DNA of 64,000 nucleotides from Chiloscyllium plagiosum (Eukaryota): positions 93,398,561-93,462,560 of the forward strand of contig NC_057718.1 of assembly GCF_004010195.1 (NCBI RefSeq). Reading direction: 5' to 3'. The stretch's first letter is position 1, and each line of letters opens with the position of its first letter. This document shows positions 24,708 to 37,550 of this stretch, piece by piece. The notes under the pieces are model-generated. The model was not told the origin of the DNA. It made no database searches and saw only the letters and a program-made list of their open reading frames with translations. The translations under genes were made by a program, and so were the position numbers.

Positions 24708-25071
24708 AGATCATAGAATCCCTACAGTGTGGAAGCAGGCCATTCAGCCCGTCGGGTCCACACCAATCCTCCAAAGTGCACCCCACCCAGACCCACTGCA
24801 TTTCCAATGGCCAACCCACCTAGCCTCCATATCCCTGGACACCATGAACAATTTAGCATGGTCAACCCACCTTACCTACACATCCATGGATACCATGAGC
24901 AATTTATCATGGCCAATCCACCTAATCTGCACATCTTTGGACAGTGGGAGGAAACTGGAGCACCCAGAGAGAATGTGCAAACTCCACACAGGCAGACACC
25001 CACAGGTGGAATTGAACCCAGGTTCCTGGCGCTGTGAGGCAGTAGTGCTAGCCACTCAGTATTGTGCCATC
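24708..25071 (-). mobile_element. HE1-like V-SINE with internal ~50-bp triplication
   Basis: tggccaacccacct...ggacaccatgaacaatttagca repeated three times. Confidence 0.85.
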
Positions 25072-25610
25072 CTTATCATGGCTGGTTTGTTTGTGTTTCA
25101 AATTCACATCCACTTCCTACAACCTTTGCCTTTCTTGCCTAACAAGCATTTACCCACCCTCACCTTCAATGACCCCTGACTTCTGAGGCAGAGAGTTCAA
25201 ACGTCACACAACCCTCCAGGAGCAAATGAACTCTTCTCAAAAGGACAACTGGCCCATGGTTTGGAAATCACCAGAAGGAAAATACAACCTTTCCCTATCC
25301 AGCTTGTGAATATCTTTCCCTTCTACACTGCAATGGAAGCAAACCCAGTCTGTCTGACCTTCTTCAGAAGATAAATAAAAGACTTGGTTGTACAGTTGTT
25401 AAAATGGTGCTCAACAGAACTTTATATGGGTGCATTAGTAAGGAACCGTCCTAGGATACTAAATTGGGTGGATTGTGGCAAAGTTAGTGGGCTAGCAATC
25501 CAGATGGACCAGGCTAATATGCTGGGGAAACTGATTCGAATCCTCCTCATTACAATTTATGGAATTTAAATTCAATTCATATAGAAACCTTACGCTCAAT
25601 ATTGGCCATT

Positions 25611-25886
25611 GTGGACGTAGGTTTGCACGCTGAGCTGGAAGGTTCATTTCCAGATGTTTCGTCACCCTACTAGGTAACATCTTCAGTTTCTTATACATAT
25701 TCATTATAAATGTTTCTTATAAACATATAAATAGAAAGCAGGAATCATGTACATTGCTTCGCCTGGAGGCCCACTGAAGATGTTACCTAGTAGGGTGACG
25801 AAACGTCTGGAAATTAACCTTCCAGCTCAGCGAGCAAACCTGAATCCAGTATCTCAACCTGAGCTACAAATCTTCTCAAAACTCAC
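25611..25886. mobile_element. Fold-back PLE-derived insertion (family C)
   Basis: ~70-bp inverted arms (25618-25687 / 25773-25841), one-sided tail also seen at window positions 1-35, flanks attggccatt / attggtcatt. Confidence 0.8.
25771..25810 (+). ncRNA. Minimal hammerhead ribozyme motif (family C)
   Basis: cca CUGAAGA U GUUACC UAGUAG GGUGAC GAAA CG UC ugg: full core, stem I cca/ugg, 6-bp stem II. Confidence 0.8.
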
Positions 25887-27352
25887 ATTGGTCATTATAA
25901 ACACCCACCTTCTGTGAGTGAAGAAAATCAATGTCCGGCCTACAAATTACTTCTGATCTACAGGATCTGAAATAGCATTGCAAGCCACTTCGACAATTAG
26001 GAACAGGCTACAAATGTCACCCTTGCTACTGACAGGAGGGGGATTCACAACGCTGCATTACAAGCCTTTGAAACATTATTTCCTTTCTTTGCATTTGCCA
26101 GTGAACCTTTCTGTTGAACCCCAGGCCTGGTTCAGAAACGTGGTTGACAGACCAGGAATACTCCTCCACGTTGACAGAGCAAATTGACCTTAGCTAGAAC
26201 TCAGCTAGTAACTTGGATGGTAACATTAGCCTCAATACTATTAGGTAAAGGAAAAGGAAGATCAGCCCACTGTCCCACTCCGGCTATAGCTTCTCCAGCT
26301 GTTAACCTGAGATCAACAGCAACAAGCTTGCATCTAAGTCAGAGGGGTATTTTCTAAGTACACTCCTTGTACTTATGACATTTGTCTCTTCTCCCAGGAT
26401 GTGTTATTGGGTGAGGGTTGTTTGATGTAGTTCATTGTCACCAATCCTTCTATACCTTTGCTTTATCTTGGGCCTACCTGGTGATGAGTAGTAGTGGATA
26501 CACAGTTGTAGAATATATAACGAAGAGGCACTGTTCGGAGGTAACAAGGAGTTTGCATTCTCTTTTGTGTCTTGTCTGTTAATAGCATCCTCTGCCACCA
26601 GACCTACTGTATATAGTATTGTTTTAATGTGTCCAGCTTCAGTCTTCGGGCTGAATCTTATCAGGGTCTGAGCACATGGGCTATGGGGAGATTTGTGGCA
26701 GAATTGGACAAGAAGTCAAGAGCATCTTATTGCATCCTCTATGTTATTGCCGAGCGGCAAGGTGAGTTTCTCATAAGGCAGTGAAGAGTTGCCAATGAAG
26801 TGGGATTAAAGCTCATTATGGCTTATTAACAGCCCAACTCGCCTCATTAACATTCAGCTTTCTATCTCGTAAAGAGCATCAAATGAGCGAGATGTCGAGA
26901 ATTCTCAATATAGAAGTCCGAGTGGGTGCCTGCTGATTTCAGCTCATCAAAGGTTGCCAACATCTTTGATGTTGTTCAGGATCGAACAACCCTTGTGTCT
27001 CGTGGGCTCAGCCATTTCTCTCTGGTGGGTGTTGATATCCTGTTTTACAAGACAGAAGAGAGAAACATTGATGTGGCCGGTGGTTGGAAGAGGTGTGCAA
27101 TGTATGGCATTGACAGTGGGCTCACTATGAGTCTTGCAGTGATAGGAAGAATGGCACCTACTTGGTTGGCAGTTCTTGGATGTCTCAGGAGCCCACAGGA
27201 GTGGTCCTGACCATCTCCTGCAAGGGCCAGGATTCCCTCCTCCTGAATAAGCTTTGATTGGAAATAAACCAATAATTTTACTCTACTAAAGAAACCATGC
27301 TGATAGAGCCTTTTATTTTAAATGTCCTCTAATGCGCATTTGTTAAATGCAA

Positions 27353-27652
27353 AGTTAAAAATCACACAACACCAAGTTATAGTCCATCAGGTTTAATTGG
27401 AAGCACTAGCTTTCGGAGCACCGCTCCTTCATCAGGTGGTTGTTGGTGTTATGCTGAAGACTGGAGGAGTGTATTGCTGCTCTAATCCCATTATTGCATG
27501 AGTCAAAAAACACAGTAAAAATATTTTTACCACCAGATGAAGGAGTAGCGCTCTGAAAGCTAGTCCTTCCAATTAAACCTGTTGGACTATAACCTGGTGT
27601 TGTGTGATTTTTAACTTTGTACACCCCAGTCCAACACCGGCATCTCCAAATC
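27353..27652. mobile_element. Fold-back PLE family B insertion
   Basis: ~86-bp inverted arms, one-sided tail gtacaccccagtccaacaccggcatctccaaatc, flanks ttaaatgcaa (27343 and 27657). Confidence 0.85.
27404..27438 (-). ncRNA. Minimal hammerhead ribozyme motif (family B)
   Basis: cac CUGAUGA A GGAGC GGU GCUCC GAAA GC UA gug: full core, perfect stems. Confidence 0.82.
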
Positions 27653-28794
27653 ATTATTAAATGCAATTTGGTTGTAACGTGATTTGTGAATTGCGGACCT
27701 TTTTAATAAAGAGAACTCCCGTTTGCTGTTACGCAACTCCATCCCCGGTACTTACCTGAACAGCAAAACTCAGCCTTAAGATTCTCTGTCTGCAAAATGC
27801 AAATTCAGTGTGTTCAGCAAAAACAGGAATGCAATCAGCTCTACAAGCCTTGAAACTTAGCTTGAAACTGGGAATTGTAGTCTACATTTAGAAGGAACTT
27901 TATTTCAAACCAGGGGAGGAGAATCTCAAGGAGAACTGGAATTCCACGTCAGGATCACATGGTCAGTCAGCTCTGGTGAAGAGCTTCATGAAAGGTAATC
28001 AGTGATTTTAGTATTAAAGTGTTAAATTTACCATATTATTTCATTAAAGTATACGATTTAAAGATTACCTTGGGTTGTGCTATCATTTGTGTTAGGCTAA
28101 CTGCTATTTTTGTGTCGATATTTACTGATATTTTTGATGGTTCACCCCAACCCGTTTTTTTTCCCATAGGTCTCATTATTTATATAGCGTGATTTTCTAT
28201 AACATGATGTTCCCCCCACCAGTGGGAATACAACCACCGCATTATAGGAGAACTATATGTAATGTATTTAATAGGCCATCTTGGCAATTGGGAAAAATAT
28301 TTTTACTGTGTATTCTGACCCATGCAGTCATGGGATTAGAGCAACAATACACTCCTCCAGTCTTGAGCATAACACCAACAACATTTAAATTTAGAGATGG
28401 GCCAAATAGAAATTTGACATCTCGAAGAAAACTATCATTAAGATGCGGAATTGCTTCCAAACTAGACACTAAATCATAAACTCAACAAGTAAATACGTGA
28501 TTGTGTTCAATAAAACTGATCAAAGCATATAGAAGGGCACAGATAATGACTTTCACCTAGTTTTTAACAATGGATCTAATTTGAGAAGAAATCAAATTCT
28601 TGAAAAAGAGCAAAATTTAACAAAACAGTTCACCATCCAGGCGAATCTGTAAATAATTTCATGAACGCTTTGTATAGAATAGTGGAAAATTCTCAAGAAA
28701 CAGAATAACTGTTGGAAGTTTTCATGAGTAGTTGTCAGATTTATTACAATCCAAGGAAGATTTGACTTTGAAGAAAGCTATTCAGATTGTGCTG

Positions 28795-29103
28795 GGCAGC
28801 ACGGTGGCACAGTGGTTAGCACTGCTGCCTCACAGCGCCAGAGACCCGGGTTCAATTCCCACCTCAGGCGACTGACTGTGTGGAGTTGGCACATTCTCCC
28901 CGTGTCTGCGTGGGTTTCCTCCGGGTGCTCCGGTTTCCTCCCACAGTCCAAAAAAAATGTGCAGGTCAGGTGAATTGGCCATGCTAAATTGCCCGTAGTG
29001 TTAGGTAAGGGGTAAATGTAGGGGTATGCGTGGGTTACGCTTCGATGGGTCGGTGTGGACTTGTTGGGCCAAAGGGCCTGTTTCCACATTGTAATGTAAT
29101 GTA
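28795..29103 (+). mobile_element. HE1-like V-SINE, well preserved (CpGs retained)
   Basis: ggcagcacggtggcacagtggttagcactgctgcctcacagcgccagagacccgggttcaattcc; (aatgt)n tail. Confidence 0.93.
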
Positions 29104-29377
29104 AAAGGAAGCATGGTAAATCACAGAGAAATCCTGAAAGGAGGACAACCTTATCACAGGGCAGCTGTAGAGTCCAGTCAGTTTATAAGGTACAAAAAAG
29201 TCCAAACACAGACATGACAAGCCAACATGAAGAGTAGGCCAGCAACTAGGTACTAAGAGTCAGGCACAATGCTGTAGGACAAGGAACTCTCACAGACACA
29301 AACAGTGCTCAACACTACAAAAAATAAAGCCACAAATCAGTTCCAGAAGACATGTAGAAGTAGGACACAGTTTTTTT

Positions 29378-29658
29378 TAGATTAGATTTCTTACCGTCTG
29401 GAAATAGCCCCTTCGGCCCAACAATCCACACTGACCCTCCAAAGAGTAACCCATCCAGACTCATTTCCCCCTGACTAATGCACCTAACACTATGGGCAAT
29501 TTAGCGTGACCAATTCACCTGACCTGCACATCTTTTGGCATGTGGGAGGAAACCCATGCAGATATGGGGGGAATGTACAAACTCCACACACACAGTCACC
29601 CAAGGTGGAAATCGAACCTGGGTCCCTAGCACTGTAACCACTGAGCCACTATGCTGCC
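29378..29658 (-). mobile_element. HE1-like V-SINE
   Basis: Reverse copy. Confidence 0.85.
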
Positions 29659-31505
29659 CTATTACCAAGGTTCAAGAGTCAACCGGATTAGTCTTACTCC
29701 TGTGCATTAGTAAAGATAACCAATGCATTAGAAATTGGTGATTCAACCGACCTATGTTTGAAGGAACTTGTCAAAGTCAATGGATGCCTCATTTATTTTA
29801 AACTCGATACAGGAGCGAGGGCCAATGTCTTATTAGTTCACATACATGGGTGAACTTGCAGCCTATAGAGATGAAACTACATTATTCAGGTGGAACAATT
29901 CTCATGATTAAAGATATTCCTTAAGCAAAAGTGAAAGACAGAAGGTGTAAGATGGTTGAGAACGTATATGTCCATCATAATCGAGAGATCTCACTCTTGA
30001 GCATGTTCAACTAGTTGCAATGGACAATGAACATGTTAAGAGGGTTGAAATTATGATAAACCTATACTAAGGCAAGCCAGTCAGAGAACAATTGATCCAG
30101 AAACAAACAATTCTGAACAACTGGTCAAGGAGCAACAAAGAGAAGATTTCAAAAACAGAAGCTGCTGGAAAGGTCTGGCAGCATCTGTGGAGAGAAATCA
30201 GAGTTAACATTTCAGGTGCAGTGACTAGTCCTCAGAAGATTGTAATGGATTTCCCAAACTCATTGCAGAACCCAAGAAATAAGACAGAATCTGTTGAGGT
30301 TATCTATGTTGTCAGAAGAGGATTGTTTCATACTATTAACAGAATGGAAGTCTGTGACTACACTAGGCTGGCAGAAATGATTTCTATTGAAGAAAACTGA
30401 AGAAAACCCAGGTGACAAGAACAGTGTGGTTTGCCAGAAAATACTGACGAGTAAAGGAATAAATAGTTCTACTGTCTTGAGCTTCTTGATCAATCCTCAG
30501 CAGCAATTATTCAAGCACCAACGCAGCCTGTTGAATAAATTGTATTAGCAGATTCAAAATTGATTTCAGATGATGAAATTACACCGGTTCACTTTTACTT
30601 CTTTGCCTTCTAAGGAAGAATAATCATTGCCAGTGACAGAACTAAGACAACCACAAATCCTCAACTGAGGATGTGAAACATGCAGAGTTCACTGTAAGAC
30701 AACAACAGAAAGATATTCAACCCAATCCACAGTTGAAGTAAGCAGTTTACATATTTCACTTTACATGCTTCAACAAAGATGTCTCAAACAATTGAGAATA
30801 AGGATTTTCTTACACAGATTGAAGGTGGACCGCACACAAATTCCTAGGAATCAGCATTGGGTTAGAGGCCACTAATGTCCACAGATTCAGGATATAGTCA
30901 CAAAGAAATTGTCTGTCTCAAAGGTCCAAAAAACAAACAAAAAGAAAACACCTATTTCAACAATTTGGCTGTCTTTCATGCAGGGAATTCATGGCATAAA
31001 AAGTTCCCTGACAATGTTACAGGGCAATTATCTGACTCAGCAGGGAAGAATTCCAATGCAAAAGTATCTCAGGGGATTAAGAGTGCTCCAGATAAAATAA
31101 TGGATTGACTACTGGCTTAGCAGAAACAGCATTCTCAGTGTAGAACAGCCAAGACAGAAAAGGTACTCCTGTGTAGAAAGACTATTCAGAGACTACATTG
31201 TGTCAAAAACAGAATAAACGTCAACAGTTCTCAAGCCAAAGGCCTACCAACATTCCACGTCTGAAAATAAAACATCCAAGAAGAATTGTGAAACTTGCAG
31301 ACCATCTGATTTTGTGAAATCAAAGACTTGGGGGAATATGAGGTGTGTGGTCAATATAATTACACATACAATATTAACAATGGGAAAATACTTGGGAGGA
31401 GACGTTGTGTCTGAATACTGGAGACTCGATCCAATCTGATAATATCAGACTGACATATAGGCAGCACAATTTAGGATCTTGGAGAGTGTTATTCTTAATA
31501 ACAAT

Positions 31506-32877
31506 GGGCTGAATTTTACCAGAAATTGGCTTTGTGTCAAATCTGGCAAGTTTCGTAGAGAGAGCTTCTCTCCCTGAGTGAGAGTGGGCTTTTTTCTCAC
31601 TCAATCTTCCCAAACTCACTTCATTACAATAACCCTATGATGTCCATGATCACAGAATCACAGATGTATACAGCTTGGGGACAGACCCTTCACTCCAACT
31701 CATCCATGCTGACCAGGTTGCTTAAACTGAACGAGTGCCATTTGCCATTTGCCTGCCTTTAGCACATATCCATCCAAACCTTTCCTTTCCATATACGTGT
31801 CCAAATGTTTTTTAAATGTTGTATTTGTACTCCCCTCTACCACTTCCTGTGGCAGCTCATTCAATTTGTGCATCACCGTCTGTCTGAGAATTTGCCCCTT
31901 AGGCCCCTTTTAAATCGTTCTCCTCTCACCTTAAACCCATGCCCTCTAGTTTTGGACATCCCCACCCCAGGGAAGAGATCTTGTCTATTTACCCTATCCG
32001 TGTCCCTCATGATTTTATAAACCTCTATAAGGTCACCCCTCAGCCTCTGACGCTCCAGGGAAAATAGCCCTAGCCTATTCAGCCTCTCCTTATAACTCAA
32101 AGTCCTGGCAACATTCTTGCAACTTTTTCTGTACCCTTTCCAGTTTAATCAAATCCTTCCTATCACAGGGTGACAGAATTGTACGCAGTCATCTAAAAGT
32201 GACCTGACTAGTGTTGTGTACAGCCGCAACACGAGGTCCCGACTCCTATACTCAATGATCTGACCAATGAAGGCAAGTATGCCAAACGCCTTCTTCATTC
32301 ACCACAGGCAGAAGTACTGGCTGTTCCTGGGATTCTTGGTGATGGTGCCATCTTTGAGTCCAGCTATTCACCTGGTCAAGTACTGGCAGTCTGCTTCTGC
32401 CCTGCGTGGTTCCTGTCAATTGACCCAGACAAGTTGCACAGAGGAAATGGGGGTTCAGGTGGATGATGTGGGTGGGGAGGCTGGGAGAGGTGAAGTTTGC
32501 AGTCATTGCCAATGAAACGCGCCATAAAATATCGGTACCCCCTGTGCAAGATGGAGGGCTGCTGGAGCCAGTGGCAAGCTCAAGTCGCTAGATAGTTGAT
32601 CTTACTTTCACATCAGGAACTGTCACCATCAAGACTGTCTTCAGCAGGCGGGAGAATGGGAAGCTGCACATGAATGAGATAAGATTCCATAATATCGAGA
32701 TGTCAATGCCTGCTAGCATATGCAAGTAGGCCTCTCACCTCTTATTGCAAGAATCTCACCTTGTTGTTCATCACTTCATTGGAAAACAGGACCTTAAAAC
32801 CAGGAATCTCATCACAGCCCATCTCACGCAATTCTCGTCAATGCTCATAATGTTTGGTGCCTTGGAAATTTCAGCCC
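31506..32877. mobile_element. Possible old PIF/Harbinger-like non-autonomous DNA transposon, interrupted by CR1
   Basis: Putative short TIRs gggctgaatttt / aaatttcagccc; no transposase recognised. Confidence 0.35.
31645..32300 (-). mobile_element. CR1 3' portion
   Basis: ORF 31873-32100 SYKERLNRLGLFSLERQRLRGDLIEVYKIM. Confidence 0.92.
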
Positions 32878-33685
32878 AGCATCAATTTTATTATTCCCTT
32901 GGTAAACTGCAATTTGTTTCAGGCAAGAGCTTCTGGCTTAGACTCACTTTGTGGTTGCAAACTATCCCGACCTTAGGCTGGTAGTCACTGGCATTGAAAG
33001 CCATGAAACATTCTCCTGCCATCAATTCAGCCGAGAGCAATATGTCTGGCAGCTGAGCTTCACCACCTCTTGGAACTAGACCTGCCCCTTCTGAATGGGG
33101 CTCGAATGACACTGACAAAAACAATGAAATTAATATTGGCACCCAATTTCTTCACATCTGTCTGCTTTCAGGCTGTAACAAACAACACAGCTACCATCTC
33201 GCAGTTCAGTGTCCATTGCGCATCAGAGAGACAGCAGTGGTTCTGAGTTCTTGGAGATCTGGGGATTTCAGTGTCTTATCTTTCAACTGTGAAGGACCCA
33301 CTCGAGAATAGCCTGAGCTATCATCAGGGCCACATCCCTGTATCTGTATACTTTAAGCCAGTCTCCTTCTGTGCCTCACTGGGACTTGCAGATTGAAAAA
33401 CTCACTCACTTTCTCCCCTGACATGGCTAGTCAAAGAACTGCATAAACCTGGAGGGTGCCACATTTCGTCGCTGATCTGTCGTAAATTCAAAGCTCTCAG
33501 GTGAGTGCGAGGTAGCAAGATCCCCAGGATTCCTGGGCTGGGAATGGATATTCAGCTCAGGTATCTCTTCATCACTACTGATTAGTAAACCTGAAAGGGA
33601 CACAAAGGCTGCTTACCAGGTCAGAACAATTCACTGGATCAGCTCTGATGATCTCCATGTGCTAATTGGCTTTCTCGTTGACTCT

Positions 33686-34180
33686 TGATGTGGAGGTGCC
33701 GGTGTTGGACTGGGCTGGACAAAGTTAAAAATCAGACTATATCAGGTTATAGTCCAACACATTTATTTGGAAGCATAGCTTTCAGAGCACTGCAGCTTTA
33801 CCAGGTATCTAATGGGGAGGGATCATAGACCACCGAATTTATAGTAAAAGATCAAAGTGTCATACAACTGATGCAATGTATTGACAATCCTAGATTGCAG
33901 TTAAGTCTTCAATCACTTAGAATGTGGTTGCAAGTTTCGATTCATTAATATGTAAATGCCAGAACATCTTTCAAGCCACATTCTAAGTGATTAAAGGCTT
34001 AAGAGCAATGTAGGTTTGTTCAATACGTTGCATCAGTTGTATGACACTTTAACCTTTACTATAAATTCCGTGTCCTATGATCCTGCCCCACTATCTGCCT
34101 GAGGAAGAAGCAGCACTCCAAAAGCTAATCCTCCCAAATAAACCTGTTGGCCTATAACTTGGTGTTGTGGGATTTTTATC
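33686..34180. mobile_element. Older fold-back PLE family B-like insertion
   Basis: Long inverted arms sharing ttatagtccaac..tttatttggaagc; degenerate hammerheads (ctgaggaagaagcagcactccaaaagcta). Confidence 0.75.
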
Positions 34181-35694
34181 ATTGGCTCTTGGCAGCCACG
34201 TAACTGGAAACAACTATTAACATTGATCTATCAGGAAAGCACAGTCAAGTCAGCGATGTAAACTGGAAGGGAGAGAGCACAGGCAGACTATCATTTGTTC
34301 AGCTGACACAGGGTGGAATTTGGATTCTGATTCGGTTTGCTGGAGTTGAAACGTTAACTCTGTATCTCTCTACGGATGCTGCCCTGGCTTGCTAAGATTC
34401 TCTAGCACTTTGTAAGGTTTTTGTGAAACTTTCTGTTTTTGTTTGAGATTTTCAGCCTCTGCAATTCCTTGTTTTACTTAAGAATAGAAATCTGTTCAGT
34501 TCACAAATAAAACAACTTTTTTTTTAGATTGATTGAATTTGATTGTTGGCTCTGGTGATATTGTATGGGTTACAGTAAAGATTTGCTGTAGATATTCTAC
34601 ATGCGGCTGTACTCTGAGATCAAATAAATTTAGTCATCCCCGTTGCAGACAGTGATGGAATTTAGTCTGTTTACTTGCTCTCTTCAGGGCCTATGGTTTA
34701 TAATTTAGTTGCTTTAAAAGCATTGTTTATTTTTATTGAAATCCCATCAATTGCTTCAAGAGTGCCTGTGATAGCACTCACAGACCATTACACTTTTTAA
34801 AGCATTATATCCTAATTGCACTGGAATCACACACACACTGTGGCTGAAGATATGGTTTCATTACAATGCCGTTTTCAGACAGCGTGATAATTGACACAGC
34901 CTCATTAAGGCTGACTCCAGAATCTTGGGAAAATAGGCTCTGAGAACGAGGATTTGTATTAGCGCTGTGCCAACAGTGCAGCTGAGAACTCAACATGTCT
35001 GATTCTGTTAGCTCAGCTCATTTACACCATTGCAATATGCATAGTGCTACAGCCACATGGGTGTTATACTGTGTGCACCAGCTCCTTATGGGCTACTGAT
35101 TGAATTTTGACTTACTGGTTGACCTCAAAATGGACCCTTCGCAGCTCTATATTCTGGGTGTTTGCTGGGAAAGGAAATGAATAGTTCCTCAGGCTTCAGA
35201 ATTGACCCTTCAATGACAGACAAGATACCTTGATGGAGGGAGTGCAGCAAAAGGGCATGTTTTGAGGGCAGAGGAGCTTGGAAATAAAATGGGCAACAAA
35301 CACAGCAGGAAGTCACACATGAAAGCGCACACTATCAGTCCTGGACAGAGTAGGTCTCTAGCCTGAGACAGAGTGCCAAGATATGGTTGATTTGAATTTG
35401 TCAACTGTGATGATACCAATCCTGGTATGATGGAGACCTCCTGCTACAGTGGACTGGACAAAGCACTGGGACAAATTCTTCTGTCTCATTCTGCAAACAA
35501 TAATGGCCTGTGTTTTCCAATGATCAGATAATTATTTCTGCAGTCTGGGTGGGAATTACACATGGGAACCTGGGGGTTACTTGATGAAACAGACTCCAAG
35601 GGACTCGCTAAGGAAATTGAAGATGCAGATGAGCAATTCCCTTTCGTCTGGAACCCTCCAAACCTGTCGATTTCAATTGTTAATTTCAGATAGT

Positions 35695-37550
35695 TCAGCT
35701 CCAGTTAAGTAATCACTTCCCGAGCTTCCCACAGAGTTCTAGGGTACACCTGATCAGGTCCTGGAGATTTATCCACCGTTTTGCATTTCAAGACATCCAG
35801 CACTTCCTCCTCTGTAATATGGACATTTTTCAAGATGTCACCATCTGTTTCCCTTCTTTCTATATCTTCCAAGTCCTCCACATGAAATAATGATACAAAT
35901 TATTCATTTAGTATCTCACTCATCTCCCGCAGTTCCACATAAAGGCCACCTTGCTGATCTTTGAGGGGCCCTATTCTCTCCCCAGTTACCCTTTTGTCCT
36001 TAATGTATTTGTAAAAATCCTTTGGATTCTGCTTAACCTTATTTGCCAAAGCTATTTCATGTCCCCTTTTGCCCTCCTGATTTCCCTCTTAAGTATACTC
36101 CTACTGCCTTTATACTCTTCTAAGGATTCACTCGATCTATCCTGTCTATACTGATTAGGGATAGTCAACATGGCTTTATGCATGGGAAATCATGTCTCAC
36201 GAACTTTATTGAGTTTTTGAAGAAGTAACAAAAGGATTGATGAGAGCAGAGTGGTAGATGTGATCTATATGGACTTCAGCAAGGCATTCGACATGGTTCC
36301 CCATGGGAGACTGGTTAGCAAGGTTAGATCTCATGAAATTCATGGAGAACTAGCCATTTGGATACACAACTGGCTTGAAGGTAGAAGACAGAGGGTGTTG
36401 GGGAGGGTCATCCCTGGACTGCCGCAGGGATTTGTGCTGCGTCCACTACTTTTTGTCATTTATATAAATGATTTAGATGTGAGCATAAGAGGTGTAATTA
36501 GTAAATTTGCAGATTATACCAAAATTGGAGGTGTAGTGAACAGCGAAGAAGGTTACCTCAGAATACAACAGGATCTTGATCAGATGGGCCAATTGGCTGA
36601 AGAGTGGCAGATGGAGATTAAGCTAGATTAATGCGAGATGCTGCATTTTGGGCAGGCAAATCTTAGCAGTACTTATACACTTGATGGTAAGGTCCTAGGG
36701 AGTGTTGCTGAACAAGATGTCCTTAGAGTGCAGATTTATAGTTCCTTGAAAGTGGATTCTCAGGTAGATAGGATAGTGTAGAGGGCATTTGGCATGCTTT
36801 TCTTGATTGGTCAGAGTATTGAGTACAGGAGTTTGGAGACATGCTGCGTCTGTACAGGACGTTGGTTAGGCCATTTTTGGAATATTGCATGCATTTCTGG
36901 TGTCCTTCCTATCGGAAGAATGTTGTGAAACTTGCAAGGGTTCAGAAAAGATTTACAAGGATTTTGCCAGGTTTGGATGGTTTGAGCTATCGGGAGAGGC
37001 TGAACAGGCTGGGGCTGTTTTCCCTGGTGCGTCAGAGGCTGAGGGATGACCTGATAGAGGTTTATAAAATTATGAGCAGCATGGATGGGGTAAATAGACA
37101 AGGTCTTTTCCCAGGGGTGGGGGAGTCCAGAACTAGAGGGCATAGGTTTAAGGTGAGAGGGGAAAGACATAAAATGGACCTAAGGCACAACTTTTTTTCA
37201 CGCAGAGGGTGGTACATGTATGGAATGAGGTGCCAGAGGAAGTGGTGGAGGCTGATATATTTACAGCATTTAAAAGGCATCTGGATGGGTATATGAATAA
37301 GAAGGGTTTAGAGGGATATGGGCCGAATGTTGGTAAATGGGAGAAGATTGGGTTAGGATATCTGTTTGGCTGGTATGATTACAGCATTTAAAAGGCATCT
37401 GGATGGGTATATGAATAGGAAGTGTTTAGAGGGATATGGGCCAAATGCTGGCAAATGGGAGAAGATTGTGTTAGGATATCTGTTTGGCATAGATAAGTTG
37501 GACCGAAGAGTCTGTTTCCATGCTGTACATCTCTATGACTCTATGACTCT
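35695..37550 (+). mobile_element. CR1 LINE with inverted 5' segment (35695-36150 on minus) and duplicated 3' segment
   Basis: Plus-strand RT ([15 protein letters not shown]; ORFs 36251, 36841); minus segment encodes upstream ORF2 (REIRRAKRGHEIALANKVKQNPK..DKSPGPDQVYPR); (ctctatga)n tail. Confidence 0.92.

Larger units (their letters stand above)
28560..29950 (+). pseudogene. Fossil Ty3/gypsy-like gag and aspartic protease, split by two SINEs
   Basis: Manual translation: KRAKFNKTVHHPGESVNNFMNALYRIVEN (~28605-28690), LLQSKEDLTLKKAIQI (28741-28788), VKVNGCLIYFKLDTGARANVL (~29770-29832). Confidence 0.75.

Noticed and set aside
28795..28865. tRNA gene
   Set aside because: The tRNA-like A/B boxes are SINE heads followed by V-domain and LINE tail; the same applies to all copies
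32891..33660. Possible Harbinger transposase remnants
   Set aside because: Only vague motif resemblance; not supportable without a search
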